Below are positions 7,741-19,988 of a DNA stretch of 21,940 nt, in pieces. The position numbers were made by a program, and so were the translations under genes. The DNA comes from Macrostomum lignano (taxonomy: Eukaryota), in contig NIVC01005198.1 of assembly GCA_002269645.1 (NCBI GenBank), positions 1-21,940 of the forward strand, read 5' to 3'. The notes beneath the pieces were generated by a model. That model worked only from the letters and a program-made list of their open reading frames with translations, did not search any database and was not told the origin of the DNA. Position 1 is the stretch's first letter; every line of letters starts with the position of its first letter.

Positions 7741-8129
7741 GATTGAGGCGTTTTTGGGGCATAGCTCGTATTCTGTTCAGGCCTCAGGTTGAGCTTCTCA
7801 GGGTTAATAACCGCGACTTTACCAATAGGGGCAGATCTTGCCTAAAGTCTGAGTTGGATGACGCATGACGCGAAAGCCCCTCCGACTCAGCTTTCTTACG
7901 CTGGCCTTGGCAAAATTTCTACTCTGTCAAAGCCGGTAGAGGAAATCCAAGCCACGATGTCAGAAAAAGTCACGGCCCGCTGATTGAGAGGCCCACCTGC
8001 ATTGACCCCGCTTTAAATCAGCTGCCCTTGAAACTCCAGGTTCGAGAAGTCACTGGAGTAATAATAACTAAACTAATTGAGCATGCTCGGCAAAGTCATG
8101 GGAGTCAGGTTTCTCACCTGGCAGACACA

Positions 8130-8253
8130 CTGACTGTCTGACTGACTGACTGACTGACTGACTGACTGACTGACTGACTGACTGACTGACTGACTGACTG
8201 ACTGACTGACTGACTGACTGACTGACTGACTGACTGACTGACTAACTGACTGA
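8130..8253. repeat. (GACT)n microsatellite
   Basis: About 30 near-perfect tetramers. Confidence 0.97.
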
Positions 8254-8759
8254 TTGAAATTACCTAAAATCTAGCACTTTTACATAGCTTGGCCTTTTTA
8301 TTGAACAACACCAAGAAGCAAAGCACTTGACAGGGAATCCCCTAACACAATTCATATCCATAATTATAGCGCAGTAGTATTATTTCTGCAACCAGAAAAA
8401 AGGGGAGGCCTCTGCCCGTTAGAAGCAGGCGGCCCCAACGCCCCAAAGATAATGATGGATCGGCCACGGTCTGGCCAGCAAATTTTGCCCTACTAGAAGC
8501 AGCAATAGCCAACTGGGCACAAAGGCTTTGCAGCAGTGGCAGGAGCGAAACAAAGCTGCGCTTCTCTGTGCTTTTTAATGCCGGCTCCTGTTTCCAAGCG
8601 GACAGCGCGGCTGTAATCTGGCAGCGCAGCGAAGGCGCCACTGCGATTCCATGAATCCCGCTTTAGTGCTCTGGGGCAGGCGGGGTCTGTCCAGATTCCA
8701 AAAATTTGGCTCGGAATCTGGGAAAGCATTGTAATCATCATTGTGCATCAACATGATTG

Positions 8760-9628
<869 letters not shown>

Positions 9629-10218
9629 AGTGTAGACACGATGCTTTAGAGACTTTTTTAGCCAGTAAGAGACAGCTAAAGGCTTTGAGACTACTTCGAG
9701 CCCTGTGGGAGCTGGGATCATGCCAGCCTAAATCTCTCAATAATCCTCCCAATGCTACTCTAGTTTTCGATCTCAGAATATTTTTTAGCCAACACTGCCG
9801 TGTTCTCGGGGCAGAGAGTGAGTGAGAGAGGGAGAGATAGAGAGAAAATCTGGGAAGCTGGAGTGTGAACTAATTCTTTTGAAGCCGGAAGGCACACAGC
9901 GGCCCTCCAGTCTCTTAAGCTTCATCAGTTGGAAAATCTCGTATCACGAGCCTCGGTTTTCTTCAGAACAGAAATAAAAAATTCTTGGCCCGAAAGAGCC
10001 AAGAAAAGTTCGGGCTTATTTTGATTTTTTTGGAAAATTGCAGGAAAATTATACGTGCTGGCAGGCGGATTTTTCGTTTAATTTTTAAGACAACAAAGTG
10101 CTACTTGATGGAATAGCTAGCTGAAAATAGCTGGGAGAAAAATGAATTTTATTATTGATTTTGATCAATTGAGTGACTATTCCCTTTGGTTTAGATTGGT
10201 CTACATGAAATGTGCCAC

Positions 10219-10962
10219 TAGGATAGTGTGGGGCCAAATGTACATTAAGCAGTTAAACCGGCGGTAGGATAGTGTGGGGCTCAATGTACATTAAGCAGTT
10301 AAACCGGCGGTAGGATAGTGTGGGGCTCAATGTACATTAAGCAGTTAAACCGGCGGTAGGATAGTGTGGGGCTCAATGTACATTAAGCAGTTAAACCGGC
10401 GGTAGGCTAGTGTGGGGTTCAATGTACATTAAGCAGTTAAACCGGCGGTAGGCTAGTGTGGGGCTCAATGTACATTAAGCAGTTAAACCGGCGGTAGGAT
10501 AGTGTGGGGCTCAATGTACATTAAGCAGTTAAACCGGCGGTAGGCTAGTGTGGGGTTCAATGTACATTAAGCAGTTAAACCGGCGGTAGGCTAGTGTGGG
10601 TTTCAATGTACATTAAGCAATTAAACCGGCGCGGTACGCTAGTGTGGGGTTCAATGTACATTAAGCAGTTAAACCGGCGGTAGGCTAGTGTGGGTTTCAA
10701 TGTACATTAAGCAGTTAAACCGGCGGTAGGCTAGTGTGGGTTTCAATGTACATTAAGCAATTAAACCGGCGCGGTACGCTAGTGTGGGGCTCAATGTACA
10801 TTAAGCAATTAAACCGGCGCGGTACGCTAGTGTGGGGCTCAATGTACATTAAGCAATTAAACCGGCGCGGTAGGCTAGTTTGGGGTTCAATGTACATTAA
10901 GCAATTAAACCGGCGCGGTACGCTAGTGTGGGGCTCAATGTACATTAAGCAATTAAACCGGC
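10219..10962. repeat. 46/48-bp minisatellite (~16 units)
   Basis: Unit taggatagtgtggggctcaatgtacattaagcagttaaaccggcgg, with starts at 10219, 10265 and so on. A 48-bp variant (gcaattaaaccggcgcggtacgct) is enriched at the 3' end. Confidence 0.95.
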
Positions 10963-11467
10963 AGTTTTGTTTGATCTCTCACTGCTAATTAAGAGTAAGT
11001 TACAGTATAAATTCGACGGAAAACCAAATTTAGCTGAAATAAGGACGGTACGATGACAGTTTTTTGATGCATAGATTTATCATTTCTAGATGAATTTGCA
11101 GCCGCACTGGAGCATCAATAAGCATATCTATTGATGCCAACAGTATCCTGTACTCTTATAAAGCCTGACTCACTCAGCTCCGCATTCTGTACTTCTTCGA
11201 GAGTGCGCAAGCGCTTAACTTTTTTGTGACCGGTATTGGATATGGGACAGGGGGAGGAAGCAGAGCAGGATCTCTGCTCCCTTAAACAGCAGTCAGTGAC
11301 CGCTGCGCCGCTTCGTTTGATTAATGAATTCGTTAATAGTTTTTCTTTTCGGCTAAAACTTCTTCGCATATTGATAGGCTCTATTGCTGCTTATAGCTGG
11401 ACTGTGAGATGACAGATCGAGTAGCATCTTTAAGGGCATTCCGCGGCTTGAGAGCGACTTAGATTGA

Positions 11468-11670
11468 TGCAAAGGGGGCGCCAAAACCGGTGCAAAGGGG
11501 CGCCGAAATTGGTGCAAATGAGGCGCCAAAATTGATGTAATTGGGGCGCCAGACTTGGTGTAAAGGGGGCACCAAAATCGGTGTAAAGGGGGCGCCAGAC
11601 TTGGTGAAAAAAGGGCACCAATATTCGTGCAAAGGGGGCGCCAAAAGTTAGTTCGATGCGCCAAATTCGG
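11468..11670. repeat. Degenerate ~22-23-bp tandem repeat (ggggcgccaaaattggtgcaaa-like)
   Basis: About 9 diverged units sharing gggcgcca..ggtg(c/t)aaa. Confidence 0.7.
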
Positions 11671-12429
11671 TGCAAAAAAAGCCGGTTCAAAGTGCTCAAG
11701 TGTTGAAAACGTACACATGGTATTGCTTCTTCCCTGAGAGCGGGATATTCTTGGTGCGCTAAATTTGCAACACGCGAATAACTTGGCGCTCCCCCTCCAA
11801 GCTCTAAACAGCCCCTTTATAGCTGCGTACTTCAGTATCAGCCAGGTCATGCGTGACATTCCTGAGCATTATCGTTGCTTAACTAACTGTGTGAGATAAT
11901 TAGCATAGAAAAACCTCCAGCCTTCTAGGCTTATCGATCTCGAACTTGCGTGCAAAGTGCTTGCACCTGATGAGGCGTGAATGAATAGGCCTATATTACT
12001 GTCAAAGCTAGTTCTAGTGTATAATCAACTTTCATCTCTCTCTCATGGGAATATTATGTTAATATAAAGCCATATCAATCCCAATCGTTTTTTAAATCCC
12101 AAACGTGTAAAATCCCTACTAAAAAATTCTCGCAAGTTTCAATCATAATCGTTATAGATCGCTTATATATAGAACTGACAAGAAATCAATAAATAGCTGC
12201 AGAGTTGATTCTGCCTGGCATCTCGCATCAGCGCCTCTTGCAGTTCGGCTTTTCCAAATTCAAACTGACAAGTGTGGTGGGCGTGTTGGCTGAATTAGGT
12301 TGCTCTACTGTATGTGGCTTTAGCAGCATGATACTGGGATTCTTCCAACGCTATATAGGGATATGCTGATTGATTAAAGGTTTGACGGTAGAATTGAGAT
12401 CATGGATACAGCATCAAACAGCAAATCGG

Positions 12430-13000
12430 AATTGGACAGAGAATTGGACAGAGAAGCGGACAGAGAATTTGGTACAGAATCGGACACAGAATCAAACACA
12501 GAATTGGACACAGAATCGGACACAGAATCGGACACAGAATCGGATACAGAATCGGACACAGAATCGGACACAGAATCGGACACAGAATCGGACACAGAAT
12601 TGGACACAGAATCGGACACAGAATCGGACACAGAATCGGACACAGAATCGGACACAGAATCGGACACAGAATCGGACACAGAATCGGACACAGAATCGGA
12701 CACAGAATCGGACACAGAATCGGACACAGAATCGGACACAGAATCGGACACAGAATCGGACACATAATCGGACACAGAATTGGACAAAGAAACGGACACA
12801 GAATCGGACACAGAATCGGACACAGAATCGGACACAGAATCGGACACAGAATCGGACACAGAATCGGACACATAATCGGACACAGAATCGGACACAGAAT
12901 CGGACACAGAATCGGACACAGAATCGGACACAGAATCGGACACAGAATCGGACACAGAATCGGACACAGAATCGGACACAGAATCGGACACAGACTCGAA
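12430..13000. repeat. 12-bp minisatellite (gacacagaatcg)n
   Basis: About 45 units, degenerate at both edges, with an isolated unit at ~13061. Confidence 0.95.
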
Positions 13001-13631
13001 CAGAGAATCAATCGCACACAGCAAAGTGGTAGAAAAAGTAAACATATGTTCAGACAAAGGATCGGACACAGAAGCGGGCAGTGGAAGTGGGACTAGTTTG
13101 CCATCTCGTTGATATAGACTACCTGAGCACAGCTCGAAATCTTCTCCTAGTGAAGCAAAAATCTTTCTGCTTCTCACTTCATTAGATTTTTAGTTAGATA
13201 AAATACTATACTATTTTGTTCTCCCGCACGCCGAATTTTTGAATGGATCCTTGAATGCTAAAATTAAATGGACGTTTTCGCCTAGCAACGATCGGTCAGG
13301 GCTAACACCGGCAGAATTGATCGATTCACCAACTGTGAAAGAGCGCCATGCCACGGCAAAGGACTAAGATATTAACTAATATATACTGTACAGTTAAGTA
13401 AATTTATCTTCCCCGCTCCTGCTACTATTTATTTATTTATTTGATTAATAGTCTAGCTAAATTGGCTCAATCTGTTCTATTCTTACTATCGAATTCAATC
13501 ATAACAGTCTTAGCAGGCCAATGATGAAATTTGCAATTGAATTATGGGTTTAGGCCGGGGCTATGATCTCCTGATGTGTCCCGCGTCATTTATGTAGTTT
13601 TATAAATCAAGTCGATCTTAAACGATTTCAG

Positions 13632-14309
13632 AGACACGTACACCAGCAGCACTCGACATCATCGGCGAACCAGTTGGCATCGGGTAGCAACAACGCTAAC
13701 GCTAGTTCGAATAAATTAACCTTGCAAGCTAAGATCAGCGGCGGCCAGACAAGTCAATCAAACGAATCGGATGGCAGCTCATCTGGACTTCGACTGCATC
13801 GCAGCGGCACAGCTGTTCGGCGCCAAACAGTGACTGGTCGACTCAGCAAGTCTTTTCGAATAGTCACCTGCGTGTTAGTCTCATTTCTGTTGGCTAATTT
13901 ACCCTGGCACATTCTTGACAACATGATTATGATGAAAAAGACTGACATCTTGAAGACAGATTCTATCTATATTCTTTCTTGGATAATGTGCTACATGAAC
14001 GCTTTTCTTAATCCATATTTCTACCTGTTTATGAATGATGAGTACAAAAGAGTGCTTTTAGGAGTCTTCAGGTGTCAAGGAATTGTAAGAAGAAACGAAG
14101 CGCTAATTCAATTAAGAAGTCTCATGTCTAGCTTTACCCGCGCAAATGTAGCAATACCCACTTCAGCTTGTGACTCGCTCTCTGACTTAGAGACTAACGC
14201 ATGCAATACTTCTAAGGAAGTGGATGCTAGAGCTCTCCTTGCAATTAATCATAATAGTATCCCAGATAATCCCAGCATTCTAGTTTCACAATATGTCAGC
14301 AGCGTTTAG
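13632..14309 (+). CDS. Class A GPCR exon 2 (end of ICL3, TM6, TM7, C-tail)
   Basis: Acceptor tttcag|AGA at 13631/13632, phase 0, in frame with exon 1 (joined CDS 1425 nt, 474 aa). TM6 FLLANLPWHIL; TM7 SWIMCYMNAFLNPYFY (NPxxY); helix 8 NDEYKRVL; stop TAG 14307-14309. Extra ICL3 exons cannot be excluded. Confidence 0.85.
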   Translation, partial: RHVHQQHSTSSANQLASGSNNANASSNKLTLQAKISGGQTSQSNESDGSSSGLRLHRSGTAVRRQTVTGRLSKSFRIVTCVLVSFLLANLPWHILDNMIMMKKTDILKTDSIYILSWIMCYMNAFLNPYFYLFMNDEYKRVLLGVFRCQGIVRRNEALIQLRSLMSSFTRANVAIPTSACDSLSDLETNACNTSKEVDARALLAINHNSIPDNPSILVSQYVSSV

Positions 14310-14393
14310 TCCGAAACCTCCAAAATTATGCGCGTACCTAATCATTATTTTGTAAGGAGACACTAGATTTATTTTTCATGGTTGCCTGTAAGA

Positions 14394-14399
14394 AATAAA
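14394..14399 (+). terminator. Putative polyadenylation signal (AATAAA) of the GPCR gene
   Basis: AATAAA about 85 nt after the stop codon. Confidence 0.5.
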
Positions 14400-14750
14400 T
14401 CCAAAAATGCTCGTGCAGCAAGCACTGCAGACACGGTCATATTTGAATATGACATATGTCGACAATATCGACATCGTGACATACTAAAACAAATAGCTAT
14501 GTAGTTTAGTTCCAGTACTAAAGCTATCTAACATAAATTTAGCAATTTACTATTAAGCTTTTAGTATTATTTGGGTTGTGTTTCTTGCAAAAATCACTAA
14601 CAAACATTAATAGCATTCAAAGTTTTCAAGTTTTTCGACCATGCGCCAGATTAATACATACAACGGGTATTAATTACGGGTCCGACCCAATAGTTAGAGA
14701 CAACGACAGGATAATTTCCTGCTTAATTTTTACTTCTGAGAGAACCCGAA

Positions 14751-14915
14751 ATGAATAAGTTAGATGAAGAAGCGCAGTGTTTTTTTAACGAAGTATTGAC
14801 AGAAGCAAAAGAATTATCTGAAATACGATTGCTTGAAGTTGATCCGAGAGATGTAAACCTGTGTGTACCAAATGCTCCAGATCGGGAGGTGTCTAAAGAA
14901 GAGCTTCGGAGCATA
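14751..14915 (+). CDS. Unidentified coiled-coil protein, exon 1
   Basis: MNKLDEEAQCFFNEVLTEAKEL...EELRSI, ending at a consensus donor ATA|GTAAGT, phase 0. It may be an internal exon. Confidence 0.7.
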
Positions 14916-15540
14916 GTAAGTACTGACAACGTATACTTTGTGTGTACATAAAGCATATATGCCCTTTGCAGCTTTTGATCTTTATTTAATAGGTTCATTA
15001 ATTAGGCACTAGGCCTAGCTTGTTTGTTTTCTTTGTACACTTACAAAATGCATTTGAGTTAGTAAAGACCATTTTTAGTATATGGAATTTCAACCATGAA
15101 ACTGAAGATTGATTTTTATTAATTAAAATAGTTACCTTCTAATCTTAAACTTACTGTCATATATTCAAAAGATCTGTAGGCAGAGGTCAGTCTTATTTAG
15201 AAGCTAACAGAAGCATTTGCTATTGCTTTAATATAGTGTATGGGCCCCAGATTATTTATTTTTAACACAAAATAGTTTGAGGCTTGTAATTTTTATGTTA
15301 TAATATATATTTAAGTGTGAATCATTGGATTATTACTATATTACCTTTTAATAATAAGAATAGCTTTTAGAAATAACTTGACTGAATTTAAGTTAAGTAA
15401 AAGTTATTTTAGGTAATGATATCTAAAAAAATGTAAAGAGTTGCTCATTTTGGCCAAAAATGGCTTAATTAATTAACTATTCTCTACTTTCAAATTAAAA
15501 ATCTATAACCATTTAGTCAACACCCTCATTTTAATTTCAG

Positions 15541-15556
15541 GAATACTTGAATTCTG
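15541..15556 (+). CDS. Coiled-coil protein, exon 2 (16-nt microexon, EYLNS+V)
   Basis: ctcattttaatttcag|GAATACTTGAATTCTG|gtaaga. It converts phase 0 to phase 1, exactly as needed to join exons 1 and 3. Confidence 0.7.
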
Positions 15557-15611
15557 GTAAGAATTTTATAATTTATAATTCTAATTTCATAATAATATTT
15601 ATGAAAAACAT

Positions 15612-16456
15612 CACCAAGCATCACCTGTTAATAGAGGCAGCTCAGACCAACAAGCATCACTTGTTAATAGAGGCAGCTCGGACCACCAAGAATCACCTGT
15701 TAATAGAGGCAGCTCAGACCAACAAGAATCACCTGTTAATAAAGGCAGCTCAAGCCACCAAGAATCACCTGTTAATAGAGGCAGCTCAAGCCAACAAGCA
15801 TCACCTGTTAATAGAGGCAGCTCAAGCCAACAAGAATCACCTGTTAATAGAGGCAGCTCAAGCCAACAAGAATCACCTGTTAATAGAGGCAGCTCAAGCC
15901 ACCAAGAATCACCTGTTAATAGAGGCAGCTCAAGCCAACAAGAATCACCTGTTAATAGAGGCAGCTCAAGCCAACAAGAATCACCTGTTAATAGAGGCAG
16001 CTCGGACCACAAGAATCACCTGTTAATAGAGGCAGCTCAAGCCAACAAGAATCACCTGTTAATAAAGGCAGCTCAAGCCACCAAGAATCACCTGTTAATA
16101 GAGGCAGCTCAAGCCAACAAGAATCACCTGTTAATAGAGGCAGCTCAAGCCAACAAGAATCACCTGTTAATAGAGGCAGCTCAAGCCAACAAGAATCACC
16201 TGTTAATAGAGGCAGCTCAAGCCAACAAGAATCACCTGTTAATAGAGGCAGCTCAAGCCAACAAGAATCACCTGTTAATAGAGACAGCTCAAGCCAACAA
16301 GCATCACCTGTTAATAGAGACAGCTCAAGCCAACAAGAATCACCTGTTAATAGAGGCAGCTCAAGCCAACAAGAATCACCTGTTAATAGAGACAGCTCAA
16401 GCCAACAAGCATCACCTGTTAATAGAGACGGCTCAGATGACTAAACGTCACCTGTT
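15612..16456. repeat. 36-bp intronic minisatellite (~23 units)
   Basis: Unit aagaatcacctgttaatagaggcagctcaagccaac. Confidence 0.95.
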
Positions 16457-16484
16457 CCTGTGCTCACATCGCCCCTGTCCTCAG

Positions 16485-16680
16485 TCCGCGACATCAAACT
16501 CCGTCTCGAAGCCAACGCCATTGAATTGGAGCTGCAGTTGAAACAGCAACAACTGGCTGCAGTACGGGCCAAGAGAGCTCATTCTGAGTCGACTAGAACT
16601 TTAAACTATCGACTAAGGGATCATCTGAGACTAGTTGAGAGTTCTAACTCGAGACGAGCTAGTTCAACCGAGACGGGAAG
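16485..16680 (+). CDS. Coiled-coil protein, exon 3
   Basis: cccctgtcctcag|TC CGC GAC (phase 1); RDIKLRLEANAIELELQLKQQQLAAVRAKR...; donor AAG|GTATGT (phase 2). Confidence 0.8.
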
Positions 16681-17146
16681 GTATGTTAGTTAGTTCTTTT
16701 TGTACTTTAATTTTTTAATTTTCCACTTCCTAGTCTGCCATCTCATACTTTAAAGTTCTGATTCTGATAAAAGTTACAGAAAGGTTATTTTGTTCCTTTA
16801 TTGAATCAATTATTCAAAGAAAGCTACATGTAAATATTAATTAACATGTTTCTGTCTACCTCTATAGCTATGAATGATGACTAACTAGATTACTTTATCA
16901 CACGTTCATCGCCATCATACCCCAGCTAAAAACTGTTTTGATTACTATTTTTGAGCTCCAGCTATAGATAGACGTGGACCTTAATTAGTATTATCTACTA
17001 CCGTAACGAAATCATTATTCAAAAGTGACAAAGGCTGTGTTTTGTCTGGCCACCTACGTAGATATTGCTGCATTAGCATTACTGCACTAATCCCTAGCTA
17101 AAGCAGACAAATCCTAAGCCAAAAAACATTATAACGCATCCATCAG

Positions 17147-17277
17147 CCGCCAAGCCGGCATCGCTGCCCGACTGTCGGACCTGGAGGCTCGTGAGCATCG
17201 GTTCCGATGTCGCGGCGAGAAATTCCAAGACGAATTGAAGATCACGGAAGAGATAACTCGGCTAGTTCGAATGTCAA
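17147..17277 (+). CDS. Coiled-coil protein, exon 4
   Basis: catccatcag|C CGC CAA (phase 2); RQAGIAARLSDLEAREHRFRCRGEKFQDELKITEEITRLVRMS; donor CAA|GTAAGT (phase 1). Confidence 0.8.
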
Positions 17278-17539
17278 GTAAGTTTAATAACATTTCTTGA
17301 ATTAACTACATTATTTTTTACCTTGTACAATACATTCACTAGCTATTGTTTGTTTCTTAAGTAAAAATGTGTTTAAAACAAAAAAGCACCAGCCCTGAAA
17401 ACCTGCTTTCCAGTCTACGATACGCTCATATCGGACCCTCTATGAGCTCTGACTCAAAGCATCTTAGCAACCCCCATGGGCCATAGAATTTCAGCAATTC
17501 TCCCATGATCTTTGACATCTCTTAATAATTCTTCCCAAG

Positions 17540-17999
17540 AGCCTCGACATCTCAGCAATTCCCCTCTATAAGCCTCAACATCTCAGCAATTCCCCTCTGT
17601 AAGCCTCGACATCTCAGCAATTCCCCTCTGTAAGCCTTGACATCTCAACAATTCCCCTCTGTAAGCCTTGACATCTCAGCAATTCCCCTCTATAAGCCTC
17701 GACATCTCAGCAATTCCCCTCTGTAAGCCTCGACATCTCAGCAATTCCCCTCTGTAAGCCTTGACATCTCAGCAATTCCCCTCTGTAAGCCTTGACATCT
17801 CAGCAATTCCCCTCTGTAAGCCTCGACATCTCAGCAATTCCCATCTGTAAGCCTCGATATTTCAGCAATTCCCCTCTATAAGCCTCGAATTCTCAGCAAT
17901 TCCCCTCTATAAGCCTCGAATTCTCAGCAATTCCCCTCTATAAGCCTCGAATTCTCAGCAATTCCCCTCTATAAGCCTCGAATTCTCAGCAATTACCCC
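17540..17999. repeat. 31-bp intronic minisatellite (~15 units)
   Basis: Unit gcctcgacatctcagcaattcccctctgtaa; starts at 17541, 17572, 17603 and so on. Confidence 0.95.
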
Positions 18000-18558
18000 C
18001 AACTACTTGCTCCTCACTTAATCACTTACTATGGTATTATGAAAATTTGTATCTTCCTACATTCAATTTCGCATTGCAAGGCATAAATGTTAGCTCATTT
18101 TGCCAATTTTCGCAATGCCCTTTGCTGCTCAAAAAATAATGATTACCAAAGGCGGAAATTTCTTGCTGAAATAGCTGGGCATTTTTACTAGGCCTACTAA
18201 TAGCTAATTGATCTCTAGGCTTGTCAACAAATTGACCTATTTTATAAAAGTACACATAGAGCATTCCAGTTTTCTCTGTTGAAAACAGCATCTATTGGCA
18301 AATGGCAAGTTTTTATGGGATGTATGGGATCGGTGATGCGTCGAATGTTAATGAAAATTCGCTAATATAAGTGCATATAGTACTAGTGTATGGAGTTGCT
18401 ACGCACTTCTACTTGTGATTAAATTAATTTCTTGTTTTACAGTTTTCAAAATTGCAACAATAAAGTATTCTCACAGACTGCCACGAAGTTACCAAATTTA
18501 TAGAATGTTTAATTTCATTAGCCAACCAAATCAAACTATAGGCTTTGTTCTGTTTCAG

Positions 18559-19958
18559 GCGCCAAATCCAGCAGTTTGGTTATAGCTTTGCTGTGTAATT
18601 TAGCGCCAAATCCAGCAGTTTGGTTAGCTTTGCTGTGTAATTTAGCGCCAAATCCAGCAGTTTGGTTATAGCTTTGCTGTGTAATTTAGCGCCAAATCCA
18701 GCAGTTTGGTTATAGCTTTGCTGTGTAATTTAGCGCCAAATCCAGCAGTTTGGTTAGCTTTGCTGTGCAATTTAGCGCCAAATCCAGCAGTTTGGTTAGC
18801 TTTTGCTGTGTAATCTAGCGCCAAATCCAGTTTGGTTAGCTTTTGCTGTGTAATTTAGCACCAAATCCAGCAGTTTGGTTAGCTTTGTTGTGTAATTTAG
18901 CGCCAAATCCAGCAGTTTGGTTAGCTTTGCTGTGTAATTTAGCGCCAAATCCAGCAGTTTGGTTATAGCTTTGCTGTGTAATTTAGCGCCAAATCCAGCA
19001 GTTTGGTTAGCTTTGCTGTGTAATTTAGCGCCAAATCCAGCAGTTTGGTTAGCTTTGTTGTGTAATTTAGCGCGAAATCCAGCAGTTTGGTTAGCTTTGC
19101 TGTGTAATTTAGCGCCAAATCCAGCAGTTTGGTTATAGCTTTGCTGTGTAATTTAGCGCCAAATCCAGTTTGGTTAGCTTTTGCTGCGCAATTTAGCACC
19201 AAATCCAGCAGTTTGGTTAGCTTTGCTGTGTAATTTAGCGCCAAATCCAGTTTGGTTAGCTTTGCTGTGTAATTTAGCGCCAAATCCAGCAGTTTGGTTA
19301 GCTTTGCTGTGTAATTTAGCGCCAAATCCAGCAGTTTGGTTAGCTTTGCTGTGTAATTAAGCGCCAAATCTAGCAGTTTGGTTATAGCTTTGCTGTGTAA
19401 TTTAGCGCCAAATCCAGTTTGGTTAGCTTTGCTGTGTAATTTAGCACCAAATCCAGCAGTTTGGTTAGCTTTTGCTGCGCAATTTAGCACCAAATCCAGC
19501 AGTTTGGTTAGCTTTGCTGTGTAATTTAGCGCCAAATCCAGCAGTTTGGTTAGCTTTGCTGTGTAATTTAGCGCCAAATCCAGTGTGGTTAGCTTTGCTG
19601 TGTAATTTAGCGCCAAATCCAGTTTGGTTAGCTTTGCTGCGCAATTTAGCACCAAATCCAGCAGTTTGGTTAGCTTTGCTGCGCAATTTAGCACCAAATC
19701 CAGCAGTTTGGTTAGCTTTGCTGTGCAATCTAGCGCCAAATTCAGCAGTTTGGTTAGCTTTTGCTGTGCAATCTAGCGCCAAATCCAGCAGTTTCGTTAG
19801 CTTTGCTGTATAACTAAGCGCCAAATCCAGTTTGGTTAGCTTTGCTGTGTAATTAAGCGCCAAATCCAGTTTGGTTAGCTTTGCTGTGCAATCTAGCGCC
19901 AAATCCAGCAGTTTGGTTAGCTTTGCTGCGCAATTTAGCGCCAAATCCAGTTAGCTTT
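18559..19958. repeat. 39-44-bp (core 42-bp) intronic minisatellite (~33 units)
   Basis: Unit gcgccaaatccagcagtttggttagctttgctgtgtaattta, with variants of -3 (cag), +1 and +2 (ta). Confidence 0.95.
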
Positions 19959-19988
19959 CAATTCCCCAATCTGCCATCACCCTTGCAG

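Noticed and set aside
7849-7890. Second hammerhead-like fold (ctgagttgga..gatga..gcgaaag..tccgactcag)
   Set aside because: The core is too degenerate, stem II has only 2-3 bp, and there is no retroelement context. It is probably a chance 10-bp hairpin.
9982-10015. Overlapping inverted repeats suggesting a pseudoknot (ttcttggc/gccaagaa and gcccgaa/ttcgggc)
   Set aside because: The connecting loops are too short for both stems to form, the site is intronic, and nothing else supports it.
12402-13118. Plus-strand acidic DTES-repeat exon as part of the GPCR third intracellular loop
   Set aside because: It has two in-frame TAA codons in the array and a TGA after it, and no phase-compatible acceptor. 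Exons 1 and 2 already join in frame.
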